A stretch of DNA of 63,977 nucleotides, filler included, from Circinaria calcarea (lineage: Eukaryota), in NCBI GenBank assembly GCA_051942165.1. It is 7 parts of 7 records of this genome, joined end to end, with 100 filler letters (N's around TTAATTAATTAA, not from the genome) between each part and the next. Parts side by side here need not be neighbours in the genome. Positions count along the whole stretch, not along the records: positions 1 to 9,144 come from JAVECS010000976.1; positions 9,245 to 18,369 come from JAVECS010000977.1; 5 more parts are not named here. One strand, 5' to 3'. Under the pieces are notes generated by a model. The model did no database searches. It was not told the DNA's origin and saw only the letters and a program-made list of their open reading frames with translations. This document shows, one piece after another, positions 1-10,151 of the stretch; position 1 is the stretch's first letter, and each line of letters opens with the position of its first letter. A program made the position numbers and the translations under genes.

Positions 1-450
1 ATATATAGGTTTTATATTAAAATTATTAATAAATAGTAAAAATAAGCTGAAAGAGGGTAAAAATCGGGGGAAAAAAAACTAAATCAGAACGGCGGCGTTT
101 CTAGGGCCTTAAAATAAATATAATAAAAAAATCTATTCTAATAAATTATTCGAAAGAATATTTAAAGCGAGTATTATAAATTATATTAAATTTTATTAAT
201 TAATTATTAATAAATTCAAAAAAATCATCGTTTATATAAAAATATTATTCCCCTCACCAAAAAGGCTGGATGAAAATTTTAGATTGCGTTTCGCGCGCAC
301 GCTATTTTTAGCATTTATTAACTATATACAGCCATTCCGAAAAATACGCGGCAGCGAAGCAAAAACAGTCTGAGTTTCTGAGATAAGGCCGCTATTAATT
401 TTATGCTTCGCTAGCGGTTCGCATTAATGAATTTACGCCCGAAGCCGAAG
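1..450. other. AT-rich, TpA-rich tract, probably RIP-degraded repeat/transposon relic
   Basis: Very low GC, abundant TA dinucleotides, no ORFs; abrupt transition to ordinary GC at ~450. Confidence 0.55.
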
Positions 451-937
451 GATTTATTTACAGACAATGCAGTTATTAGGCAAATCATGCGCTGGTCAGC
501 ATAGCCCTTTCAACAATCAGCCTAGATCACCCAATGGTTCTTCTACAGTAATAGACCCTTTGCATGGTGGCATTGCCTTCTGTGTCCAACAGACGAGTGA
601 GTAATATCCAGATAGCTTATTACTCGTGTCCTACTTGCATCAAAATGTTCTTGAGAATTCTTTGCTTTATATCGGGCATGACTTGCTCTCATGCAGACTT
701 TTAGATTTAATCACCTCGCTCTTACCGTTTCGTAAACAATATGTTCTTTTACAAAGCAAAACAGTATTTGTCTCAGTTTAAAGCTCAAAACAGCTCTGCT
801 GTACATCAAAGTTGCTTGTGTCACTCCATTATCTGAACTAGAGACCCGTACTTATTTGCTCCAGGGTAATTCGATACTGGTGTTACACACTTCATAATAC
901 GACACTACTGATAAAAGCATGTTGAAGTGGTTCTGTT

Positions 938-3900
938 CAGCAGCCCGGAGGCCATGATTTAGATCCGGATAATAATCACTCTCAACAACAGGCTAGATCA
1001 CATATCACCGCCTGTCCTCTGCAGTCTCTCCTTGAAGTCGCTGAAAATGAAAGAAACCATTCAAAGTCAAACAGAGGGGCTAAGCTTAACAACATTCTTG
1101 GTGGGATAGCCAAATTCGCGAAAAATATAGACAAGTTTTCTCAGGCTATCGATATCTACGTCCAGGGCAGCGCAGGTATAGCCACAATTATTTGGGGCAG
1201 TCTCAGGCTTCTTATAAAGGTCTAGTGTCATCACAAGTTCTTTTTTTTTTTTTAGATAGAGTTCAAGACTACTTATTAGTTCCAGGCAACTCTAAATTAT
1301 ACCCATATTCTCGAAAAGCTATCGGTAACTTTCATGGTCATTTCTGAGAATCTGGAGAGATTTGAGCGGTACAAGATCATATTCACTTCGTCGAAGCCCT
1401 TACAAGAAAGCATTGCAAAGCTTTACCACGACATTGCGGAATTCGCAATCCAAGCTGCTCAATTCTATGCAAAAAGCTCTACGAGTAAGTCACATCATGG
1501 TCCTCTAATCTGGTGCTAATCTACAGCAAAGGAACTTTCTTACTAAGCATTTGGAATGACTACGATTCCAAATTTGCAGACATCGTGACAAGTTTCCACC
1601 GGCACAGCGACTTAGTTCGTGACCAAGCCTGGCTGGCCTATTTCGATATTGATCTGCAGCGGAAAAACGGTATGCAACACTTGAATGTCATCGGTCAAAT
1701 GATGTCTCTAACCTTGAAGCTCGGATAGACGATGAGCTACGAAGCTATGAGAAAGATGTTGAGGATCTTGAACATTGGCTTTGCGCTAATAACAATGACG
1801 AAGTAAGGCATATCATGCCAGCACAGAGGCAGCCTTTTAAACAAGTACATCCTGGAACATGCACTTGGATTCTACCTGCACTGTCAGCTTGGATGAGCTC
1901 TCCGAGCCCTACACTGCTTTGGATTCGGGGATCCCTCGGAAGCGGCAAATCGGTTCTCGCATCTTTTATTATTAATCACTTATCACAGGCGGCGACTAGG
2001 GAAGATAGAGAAGTCCTTTTTTATTTCTGTAAGGATTCTCTTAGTGGTTATTATCTATCCGGTAATAATAAGTGCTCGATATAGGTGCTAAGAAGGGAAA
2101 TGCTCTGCATGTTGTAAAGAGTCTTCTCCTTAACCTATTAATAATACTCAGGTCACATCCAAGCCAAAAACTTCTCGTGAAACTACTCCGAGAGTTACGC
2201 ACCACTTGCGGTAATCCAAGACACACTCAAGACATCAGCGACTTACTTTGGAAGGCATTTCATTCTTCAATTCGAATGCTACCTTTGAAAGAATTATATT
2301 TCATCATTGATGGGATAGACGAGTTGTACCACGAGGATCAGTTAAATTTTATTGACAATCTGCTCTTACTTCAAAATGGTCCTTCAGATCTAGCCCTTAA
2401 AGTGAAGGTGATTGTGACTAGTCGACTAGAGTACAAATTCAGGTCGCATCAGACTAATTCACTTATTAAGTTCCTCGATATCGACTCTTGTCACACAGAG
2501 TCTGATATTAAAATGTTTGTTCATGCTACTTTCAGAGATTCAATCCGACTAAGGAGCATTGATCCTCCTCTGAGAAATGAAGTTGCTTCTGAACTTATAG
2601 CTAGATCTGAAGGGATGTTTCTGTGGGTGAACCTAGTGCTTCGAGAGTTAGAAAAGCAAGCTCCAAGTGTCCAACTACAACGGGCGATGGGAAAGGCATT
2701 AATCACTTTAAACGAGACCTTCAAAGATTATATCAATCACATCGTTCCCGGGAGCGGCATCTACTTTGTCTATCAAGTTCTAGTAGCTGCAGCCCGGCCC
2801 ATCAGCTTGAAGGATCTCCAGTCATTGCTGGAGGTTGAGCTCGAGAGCTCTGATACAGGGCGGCATGGAAGGATCCAAATATCACTTGAGGACTGCATCT
2901 ACGAACTCTACGGTTCAGTTATTGTATCGAAGGATGGCCATGTCCAGTTTTTCCATCATATATTCAAGGAATACCTTCTATCTTCTCAAGTATTAAATCT
3001 TCCCAGCTGTCATTCCATGATGGCTGCACTCTGCCTGACTTATGCGTCCTCCGACAAGTTCAACTTCGAGAATGGTACTCAGACTTTAACTCCAGACAAT
3101 TATTTCCAAAGTCTTGTCCAAAACTATCCGTTGCTTGACTATGCAATCAACTTCTGGTCGTTCCATTTTTCCGAAGCTAAATATACCAACGGTCTGAGCT
3201 GCTCAAACCCTGCAGCGAAAGCTTTGCGAAAAGCCCGCAACGTAGCTTGGATGGAACGTGTATGTTATAACTCAAACTTCTTGAGCAAAGCTGCTCAAGA
3301 CTACCAAGTGAGAAATATGGAGGCTCGCACGGTTTGCAAGGGACCTAATGATCTAGAGACTATTTCATCCACCATTGAAGTCGCCATCGTCCTACAAAGA
3401 CAGGGCAACGTCAGAGGATCGCAAATTATCTTTGAGAAGATACTTACACTTCAAAACTCAAAGAATTTAACTACTCTTCAACAGCACCAGGCTCTCGCTG
3501 GTCTTTCTAGATCCTACGAACGCCAAGGTCGCTGGAAAGATGCTGGCATTCAGTATCAACGTTGGCTGAGGTTTTGCAGAGACATGGGAAGGAAAGGAGG
3601 AAGACATACTATAGAAGCGCAAAACGGTCTGGCTTGGGTACTCAAGGCTCAAGGGTGTCTTTCAGGGGCCATTTCGTTGTACGAAGAATCGTACGCTACC
3701 GCGAAAAATCTCTTTGGGGCCACGCACGTGGAGACGAGGATGGCTGCTAACGAGCTTACTTTTATGTACGAGCAAGATGGACGCGGAGATAGGGCAAGGG
3801 CTATCTTGCTCTTTCAGATGAATGAATGTAGGCAAGCTCTTGGACCTACGCATTCGACTACGACCGAAAGCATAAGCTTGCTTACGTCTTTCCTCGAACG

Positions 3901-4654
3901 GAGAGGGGAATCTAAGGAAGCCGAAATTCTTTGCCAAGAGCTTTATGACGAATGTCAAGGCCAAAGTTTATCTAATATTGATATCGGGCAAAGACTGGCA
4001 GGTATGCTAGAAGAGCGTGGTGGTATTGATGAAGCGGAAGCTGTTCTTCGGTCGTTGTCAAAAGCCAGTGCAAAGCACCGGGACAGCAACTACACTAACA
4101 AAGTCCGAGCTTCTATTGCACTTGCAGAATTTTATCTTCGCCATAGGAGATGGGAGGAAGCTCTGACTAATCTCGAGCTCTATAAAAGCGGCTTAAATGA
4201 AAGATCTTGCTCGGAAGACCTTTTCAGGATCACTTTATCAATGGCGATATGCATGGAGAAACAAGGCCTATTAATGGAAGCAAAAAAAAAGTTTGAGGAT
4301 TTACTAGCTATCCGGGAATCAAGTTCCGGGTGGCTAAGCCGAAGGACTATGGACGCTGGAAATGAACTTGCTGCATATCTAGAACGGCAACAACAATGGG
4401 ATAGCGCCTCAAAAACCTATCAACATATCCACAGTAGCTACCGAAAAACCCTAGGAGCCGAGCATCGCTATACAATTGCTGCTTCGAAATCTTTGGCAGC
4501 TTACCACGAGCGTAGAAGAGAGTGGCACGAAGCCGAGAAACTTTATGACAGTATCTACGAATTGACGATTTCTACCAGGGGCCGCGATCACCATGATGTG
4601 AAAGAGATCTGGAAGAGGCAGCAGATTACAAAGCTACATCAGCTCGAGGTTTAA
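938..4654 (+). CDS. NLR-like STAND protein: helical N-terminal domain (DUF7708/Goodbye-like) + NACHT NTPase + C-terminal TPR repeats; multi-exon, true start uncertain
   Basis: Spliced exons give ...FSQAIDIYVQGSAGIATIIWGSLRLLIK (N-domain), HPGTCTW..LLWIRGSLGSGKS (Walker A), LYFIIDGIDE (Walker B), IVTSR, SEGMFLWV, FFHHIFKEYL, and kinesin-light-chain-type TPRs (e.g. LGPTHSTT, LGAEHRYT). GT-AG introns near 1220-1285, 1485-1530, 1670-1728, 2030-2085. Confidence 0.88.
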
Positions 4655-4825
4655 AAACCGAGAAGAACAAGGCTCAAATGACTTAAAAGATATATGGCAT
4701 TCTGCTTCTGCAACCTCGGTCCATATTGCATCGCCATCTCCTTCCTGTGCAAGGGCAGCAAACAACTAAGCTGGATCCACCTCTCCGAATCAGTAAGACA
4801 CTCTTTCCGAAAAATAGGCCTCAAT

Positions 4826-5029
4826 CTAGTGAGAACCACTACAATTAGGCTGACATTTGCTTAAAGTATCCGTGCTATCCATTTCCACTCTAGCATCTGA
4901 ACAGACGTGTTGTGCATTTGGAGCCTGGTTCCCAGCAAGTGTTTTGGCTTTGTCACAAAATCTATAGCTTGTGATGATTCTTCGTTCGCCGCAGGAAAAG
5001 TGCTTGTTGGTGCGATATATGATACACAT
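4826..5029 (-). CDS. Small cysteine-rich protein (67 aa, 6 Cys), no signal peptide
   Basis: ATG start; MC-x10-C-x11-C-x17-C-x15-CxxxC pattern; fills the gap between the NLR 3' end and the pseudokinase promoter. Confidence 0.5.
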   Translation of the reverse strand: MCIIYRTNKHFSCGERRIITSYRFCDKAKTLAGNQAPNAQHVCSDARVEMDSTDTLSKCQPNCSGSH

Positions 5030-5525
5030 CTCTTAAGCTCGTTGGAGGAGTTGTTCCTGATATTGATACGGCGTTTTGTAACGAATAGATATAGATATCA
5101 GAAGACACCAGAAAGAGAAACGGCAGTTATGAATAAAAGCCTTAGGAACTTAAACTAGTCCTGATTTTTGTTTGTTGTTCTTGTCGAAGTTTATTATTGA
5201 TCGAGCTGGAGTCGGTTTGTGATGGAGGGAAACTATTGTTACTTTATCTACATGTAGTAGGCATGTTTGGCGGAGTAACTGGCGCTAGGCAATTCAATTT
5301 TAGTGCAACCTCATGTAGGGCTACCCAAGGTTACACAGAATCATTCCCACATGCAGGGCTACCCAAATGTTTTCAGCTCGTTAGACTTGACAATCTATTG
5401 GCGCGATTTCAAACCATCTGAGCCTCGGTGTTCACTACTGCAGAGCAGCCGTCGGGGCCTCAATCTAACATGACTCACATTCTTTTGCGAACTTCACTTC
5501 GAGCAGAACATTACAATATCCAGTG

Positions 5526-7157
5526 ATGGCGAATCCGGAATCTGTGTTGACCAGTCCCTCGGCGACAGCAGAAAGTCTAAAATCCATCACAACATATTGT
5601 GTCCAGCATAGCCAACAAATCAACACCTATCTTGAAGAGATAGAAACGACGAAGAGCAAAGACATTGCGACCCTTAAACTTGAGTTCGCCGAATCCTTTG
5701 AACAAGTCGAGAGCGAGATTCGATTTGTCGCAGAGGTAGCCGATCATCTGGAAGTGGCTATGATAAAACATCTCGTACGGCCTTTGCACACCTTAGAAGG
5801 GATCCTTAATTCAACAAGTAGTGTTATCGCAGTTTACGCAGGGAACTCAGGTATCTTTGGCTCATGGCTCAGCGGAGATCATATCGAATCTTCCATTCAT
5901 CTGGTGGAGGACGTTAAAGGCGCCATCCAGAAGATCGAAGGCTGGCAAAACTCATTTCTACAACGCTTGTTCATGGTTCTGCTCCTCTGGAAGCCTGTCT
6001 CCCGTTATCATGCCAATAATCTGTGTAGCAATAACCGAAGCAAGGCCTTACAAGACTTCTTTAATATTCATAAGGCTATTAGCGATACCAGCGGACCGCA
6101 GAGTCATCGGTCTTTGGAATTAATCGGTACTCCAGGTCGACGAGTACGGCTCCCAGATTCCCAGATTTGGTTGTCGCAGGATCTTTTGTATGATCGCTGT
6201 GTAATGGAGTATAGGGAAGTGGACGAGGCCGTTAGCTTCAGCATGCTCAAAGAGTGCGTTAGGGAGTTGATCTGGGTGCTAGCCCAGACGGATCCATTGC
6301 GAATGGGAATACTACGAGGTTTGGGATTCTCCCGTACTAAATCTAGCTCCGAGGACCGCTTTGAGCTTGTATACGAATTTCCAGTGGGATTTACAAATCC
6401 ACGAACATTGAGGAATCTCCTCCTAGATCCAAACAACGCCAGGAGAGGCTCAGTACACTCAATCAGTGACCGATTTGAGTTGTCAAAGCAGCTAGCAAGA
6501 GCTCTGTTTTTTGTGCATGTCACTAGGAATGTCCACAAAAGCGTAAGGCCGGAGACAGTCTTGATTTTTGAGCCGGAAGGTGCTGTGGATAGGGAACGGT
6601 ACCCATATTCCATCGGCCGTGCATACCTAGTCGGTTTCGAGAAATTGCGTAAAGATGGGCCATATTCGAGGCGTGACGGTGATGGGGAATGGTACAAGGA
6701 CATCTACAGACATCCCGACCGACAAGGCCTTGATCCAGCCAAAGTCTATGACATGCGTCACGATATATATAGTTTAGGGGTCATGCTTCTTGAGATTGCA
6801 ATATGGAAGTCGTTTGTCGTCTGGGATACAACTTACGGGTATTTGAGTAACGAAAGTGCTATTCAGCTTCTCCAGAAGACGAATTCGAACGCAAAAACAG
6901 GTATGCAGACTGGTCATAATAAACAAGGTTTGAAACCACCGAAAGAAATACATGCTGTTTTCGTCAAAGCCGCGAAGCAGCAGATCCCTGTTTCTATGGG
7001 CACTAAGTTCGCTCACATAGTTGTGCAGTGCTTAAACTGCATGGGCTTGGACGGTAGCTCTGCTACTTGTTGGGACGGGAATAACAGTGATGAGGTAGAC
7101 ATTGGACTCATGTACATTGAGACTGTACTTGAGAAGCTAGAAGCGCTATCCATCTAA
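5526..7157 (+). CDS. Helical N-terminal (HeLo-like candidate) domain + protein-kinase-like pseudokinase domain
   Basis: Intronless 543 aa; HKSVRPETVLIF in place of HRDxKxxN, LVGFEKLR in place of DFG, YRHPDRQG, HDIYSLGVMLLEIAIW; amphipathic helical first ~190 aa. Matches the fungal HeLo/prion-inhibition + kinase-like architecture. Confidence 0.8.
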   Translation: MANPESVLTSPSATAESLKSITTYCVQHSQQINTYLEEIETTKSKDIATLKLEFAESFEQVESEIRFVAEVADHLEVAMIKHLVRPLHTLEGILNSTSSVIAVYAGNSGIFGSWLSGDHIESSIHLVEDVKGAIQKIEGWQNSFLQRLFMVLLLWKPVSRYHANNLCSNNRSKALQDFFNIHKAISDTSGPQSHRSLELIGTPGRRVRLPDSQIWLSQDLLYDRCVMEYREVDEAVSFSMLKECVRELIWVLAQTDPLRMGILRGLGFSRTKSSSEDRFELVYEFPVGFTNPRTLRNLLLDPNNARRGSVHSISDRFELSKQLARALFFVHVTRNVHKSVRPETVLIFEPEGAVDRERYPYSIGRAYLVGFEKLRKDGPYSRRDGDGEWYKDIYRHPDRQGLDPAKVYDMRHDIYSLGVMLLEIAIWKSFVVWDTTYGYLSNESAIQLLQKTNSNAKTGMQTGHNKQGLKPPKEIHAVFVKAAKQQIPVSMGTKFAHIVVQCLNCMGLDGSSATCWDGNNSDEVDIGLMYIETVLEKLEALSI

Positions 7158-7340
7158 CTAGAACCATCTACCTATATAGCACCATATATCTGAGGAGCAC
7201 TCTATACCTAGGAAGAAATGCTGTGGAGGAAGGTCAGCTGCTATTTGAATTTGGAAGGCTTGAAAGCTGAAATGAGGAGGTCTGAGCGAGCCAGTGGTAA
7301 TGCTATACTGCCTGCGTCGGTGGGTAGCTTGGACGAGTGT

Positions 7341-8726
7341 CTAAAAGAAGAGATCCTTCAACCTCGCGCACACCATCTGTGAAGTAGGTCTTTCAATGGG
7401 ATTGATATGGAGCATTTCTTTCACAGTTTGTATAGCCTGTTTCCTCGTGCTAGATTCCAAATTGCGGATCAGGTCATTCAACCAGGCTTCTACCTCATTA
7501 GCGTTGTTATGAAACGAATGGTCAGGTCCAGAAGACGGGTATCGGTGTTGTTTAGGACCATTCTGTCTGTAAATCTTGAACTTGGTGACGCCACTGGCGC
7601 TCCAACCATATACTGCAAGAGTCGCAATCTCGCTGAAGACGCATCCTAAGCCCCATATATCAACAGATCTTCCAAATTGTCCATTTGAAAGTGACTTGTC
7701 GAAGTACTCTGGAGGACTATAGGTATATGTTCCTCCGTGCCAGTCTGTTTTCGTGTCTTCTTGTGATTTGAGCCCGGACAACCCAAAATCCGCTAGCTGG
7801 AAGGTACATCCCTTGATAAGGATGTTGGCTGGCTTGATATCGTGGTGATTTATGACTTGGCCGGTACCGTTGTGTAGGTAGTCAAGAGCCGATGCTAGAC
7901 AGTGAAGAGACCCCCAAAGTGTAGCCTCTTGCTCCTGCATAGATTCACCAAAGAGACTGGGCGGCTTGGACATTTCGAAAATCTGCTGAAGGTTGTAATC
8001 GCCGCATGATAGCAGTATGTAATGGTCGAGATCCATAGTATAGATCCCATACAGCTCGACGATATGGCGATGCTTTGCCCTCGTAGCTAGCAGACTTCTT
8101 AAGACCGCCGCCTCCCTTTGAAAGGCATCTCTTGAACTCAAAATATTGTCTTCTGGGATTCCATGTATCTTGATCCTCTTCCGCGCCAGCACGTGGTCCT
8201 GGAATGAATTGTGTGTATTATCTCCCACTAGCCGCATATGCGAAGGGTAGACTGAAACTCTTTCTACATCCTTTCCCAAGTAATCTTCGTCAACAAAAGG
8301 TAGGACACTTTCTGTGGAGAAGCTGTAGTCGCGACCTTGCACAAAAACAGGTGCCAAGACTTGCCACTGAGCAGTCAGGATATCGTTTGCGCGGCCAAGA
8401 TTCTGAGGCAGAGTGGAAGATGTATCAAGTGGCAAGGAGTTATCGTCAAGGCCGCGTTGTATAAACTCGAATATAAAGTGTTCTTTCTCGCATAAGACGA
8501 GAATGGCAAAGAGCCTTATCGTCGACGAGGTGATGATATCAAGGTAAGTTCTCCTATCTGCATTGTCGACTGTATCCCGTAATCTGGTCTCAAGGCTCTC
8601 GAGACGGCCACTCATATGGTTCAAGATATTTTGACTCGTGATAAGGGTGTGAAGCCTATCGAGAGGGATGAATAATTGACCGGATGTGTTCTTGACACTA
8701 GCTATATGCAAGAACTTCTTGAGCAT
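7341..8726 (-). CDS. Ser/Thr protein kinase with fungal-specific N-terminal domain
   Basis: Intronless 461 aa; LARKRI (beta3 Lys), FQREAAVL (alphaC Glu), HHDIKPANILI, LADFGLS, GTYTYSPPE, DIWGLGCVFSE. Confidence 0.9.
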   Translation of the reverse strand: MLKKFLHIASVKNTSGQLFIPLDRLHTLITSQNILNHMSGRLESLETRLRDTVDNADRRTYLDIITSSTIRLFAILVLCEKEHFIFEFIQRGLDDNSLPLDTSSTLPQNLGRANDILTAQWQVLAPVFVQGRDYSFSTESVLPFVDEDYLGKDVERVSVYPSHMRLVGDNTHNSFQDHVLARKRIKIHGIPEDNILSSRDAFQREAAVLRSLLATRAKHRHIVELYGIYTMDLDHYILLSCGDYNLQQIFEMSKPPSLFGESMQEQEATLWGSLHCLASALDYLHNGTGQVINHHDIKPANILIKGCTFQLADFGLSGLKSQEDTKTDWHGGTYTYSPPEYFDKSLSNGQFGRSVDIWGLGCVFSEIATLAVYGWSASGVTKFKIYRQNGPKQHRYPSSGPDHSFHNNANEVEAWLNDLIRNLESSTRKQAIQTVKEMLHINPIERPTSQMVCARLKDLFF

Positions 8727-8914
8727 GGCAATGTACTAGGTAGTAGCTTCTCGAGATAGCAAATACATTTCACGCAAAGGCGCGGCGAAAATGCCCTGAA
8801 ACGAGGTACGAGAGAAAGGGTTTAAATCTGGGCACGACCCGGTCCGATCCAATTACCCCAGTTCTCAAACGTAGAAAGCTAAGCCCCTTCGGGTTAGCGG
8901 CCAGCCGAGATGAA

Positions 8915-9144
8915 TTAATTAATTTCGACTTAATACGTTTAAAAACAAAATTATATAACTTTTTTTATTTATTTTATTTTAATATAAACGCTATATAAAT
9001 TTTATTAAATAAGAAGTTAATATACGGGTATATAAAAATTCTATATTACGCGTGTTAATATTAACGCGTTTCTATAAAATTTTCTTTTTAGCTTCGTATT
9101 AAATGAATTATATATTTTATATATATTATATTTAATATATAAAT
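8915..9144. other. AT-rich, TpA-rich tract at contig end, probably RIP-degraded repeat
   Basis: Abrupt switch to very AT-rich sequence without ORFs. Confidence 0.55.
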
Positions 9145-9244
9145 NNNNNNNNNNNNNNNNNNNNNNNNNNNNNNNNNNNNNNNNNNNNTTAATTAATTAA
9201 NNNNNNNNNNNNNNNNNNNNNNNNNNNNNNNNNNNNNNNNNNNN
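9145..9244. other. Artificial contig linker (N44-TTAATTAATTAA-N44)
   Basis: 100-nt spacer with stops in all six frames; identical to five others. Confidence 0.98.
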
Positions 9245-9764
9245 GTTACGGACGGGGTCTTGCATCCATTGGTGGTAGGTGGGGACGTGGTGCTTGCAGT
9301 AGGGTACAAGGAGGATTTGGGGAGTGGAGATGGCTGGTGAGCAGTAAAGGGGTGTTAGAAGGATGGGAAAGGTTTGGGGGGACCGTTTTGGGCAGAGGTA
9401 TTATGGGTGCGGGTTTGGGGATTTGAGAGTTAATGAGATGAGTAAATAAAACGGCTCACCGATTTTTTCGTTGATAAGCATTATTGGCGTTATATGTTGT
9501 ATGAGTGAAGGTCAGTTCTCGGCCGGGAAAAATCTAAGATTGGTTCTACACCAAAACGGAAAAAATATTCTTATTTCATGATTAACTCTGCATCATCATG
9601 AAACCTTACAATGTAAAATGGCAAGTGCACTAAATTATCAAAACAGTTATCACTTTTCTCGATCGTTTCCGTTCTCACTGGTTGCCATAATCATAGTAGC
9701 GCCAAATGTGGTTATTTAAGCGAACAAGTGAGTGAGTCAGGGGGGGCCGCCAAAAATCCAAAAA

Positions 9765-9884
9765 GCATACAACAGGTGGTATTCGCTGGTGGTCACCCAC
9801 CCCAACTATTAATCAGCCGATCTTAAGCTTGTGTATGACAGAGCAGACGGGATGCCCACTAATCCTAATCTTAATTTCATATGC
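9765..9884 (-). rRNA. 5S rRNA gene copy, degenerate (probable pseudogene)
   Basis: Reverse complement reads ...GGGCATCCCGTCTGCTCTGTCATACACAAGC...GATTAATAGTTGGGGTGGGTGACCACCAGCGAATACCACCTGTTGTATGC followed by TTTTT. Recognisable ascomycete 5S with transitions and a divergent 5' part. Confidence 0.85.
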
Positions 9885-9941
9885 GTGATATTTTTCCAAG
9901 AAGGCGGGTGCGATGGTTCAAAAATGGAATCGAAAGCACGC

Positions 9942-9968
9942 CCAATTAGCGTCGTTTCCCAGCCTCCT
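9942..9968 (+). promoter_or_regulatory. 27-bp motif CCAATTAGCGTCGTTTCCCnGCCTCCT, copy 1, upstream of P450
   Basis: Identical except one position to copies at 15290-15316(-) and 15497-15523(+). Confidence 0.6.
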
Positions 9969-10151
9969 CTCTGCATCATGTATTCATGACAGACAGCTGG
10001 TTTTTAATTTATCATTACAGAGTACTGCAGTAATCTCGAGAGTATACCATTAACGAGCATGATTGTTAAAATCTTGGCAATTGAGTTTTATTTTCTTTGC
10101 GATATTTCTCTACTTGAAGTCTTACTGTCTCCTTTACGTGCTTATTGATTC

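Noticed and set aside
6880..6930. NSNAKTGMQTGHNKQG in the pseudokinase as a RHIM/PP-like amyloid motif (G-x-Q-x-G)
   Set aside because: It lies inside the kinase C-lobe rather than at a terminus, has Thr at a normally hydrophobic position, and no matching motif is visible in the NLR N-terminus or kinase
8878..8898. GC hairpin GCTAAGCCCCTTCGGGTTAGC as a Helitron 3' end
   Set aside because: No CTRR terminus at the expected distance and no other Helitron evidence
9189..9200. Recurrent palindrome TTAATTAATTAA as a biological repeat
   Set aside because: Always centred in N-runs; it is a six-frame-stop assembly linker
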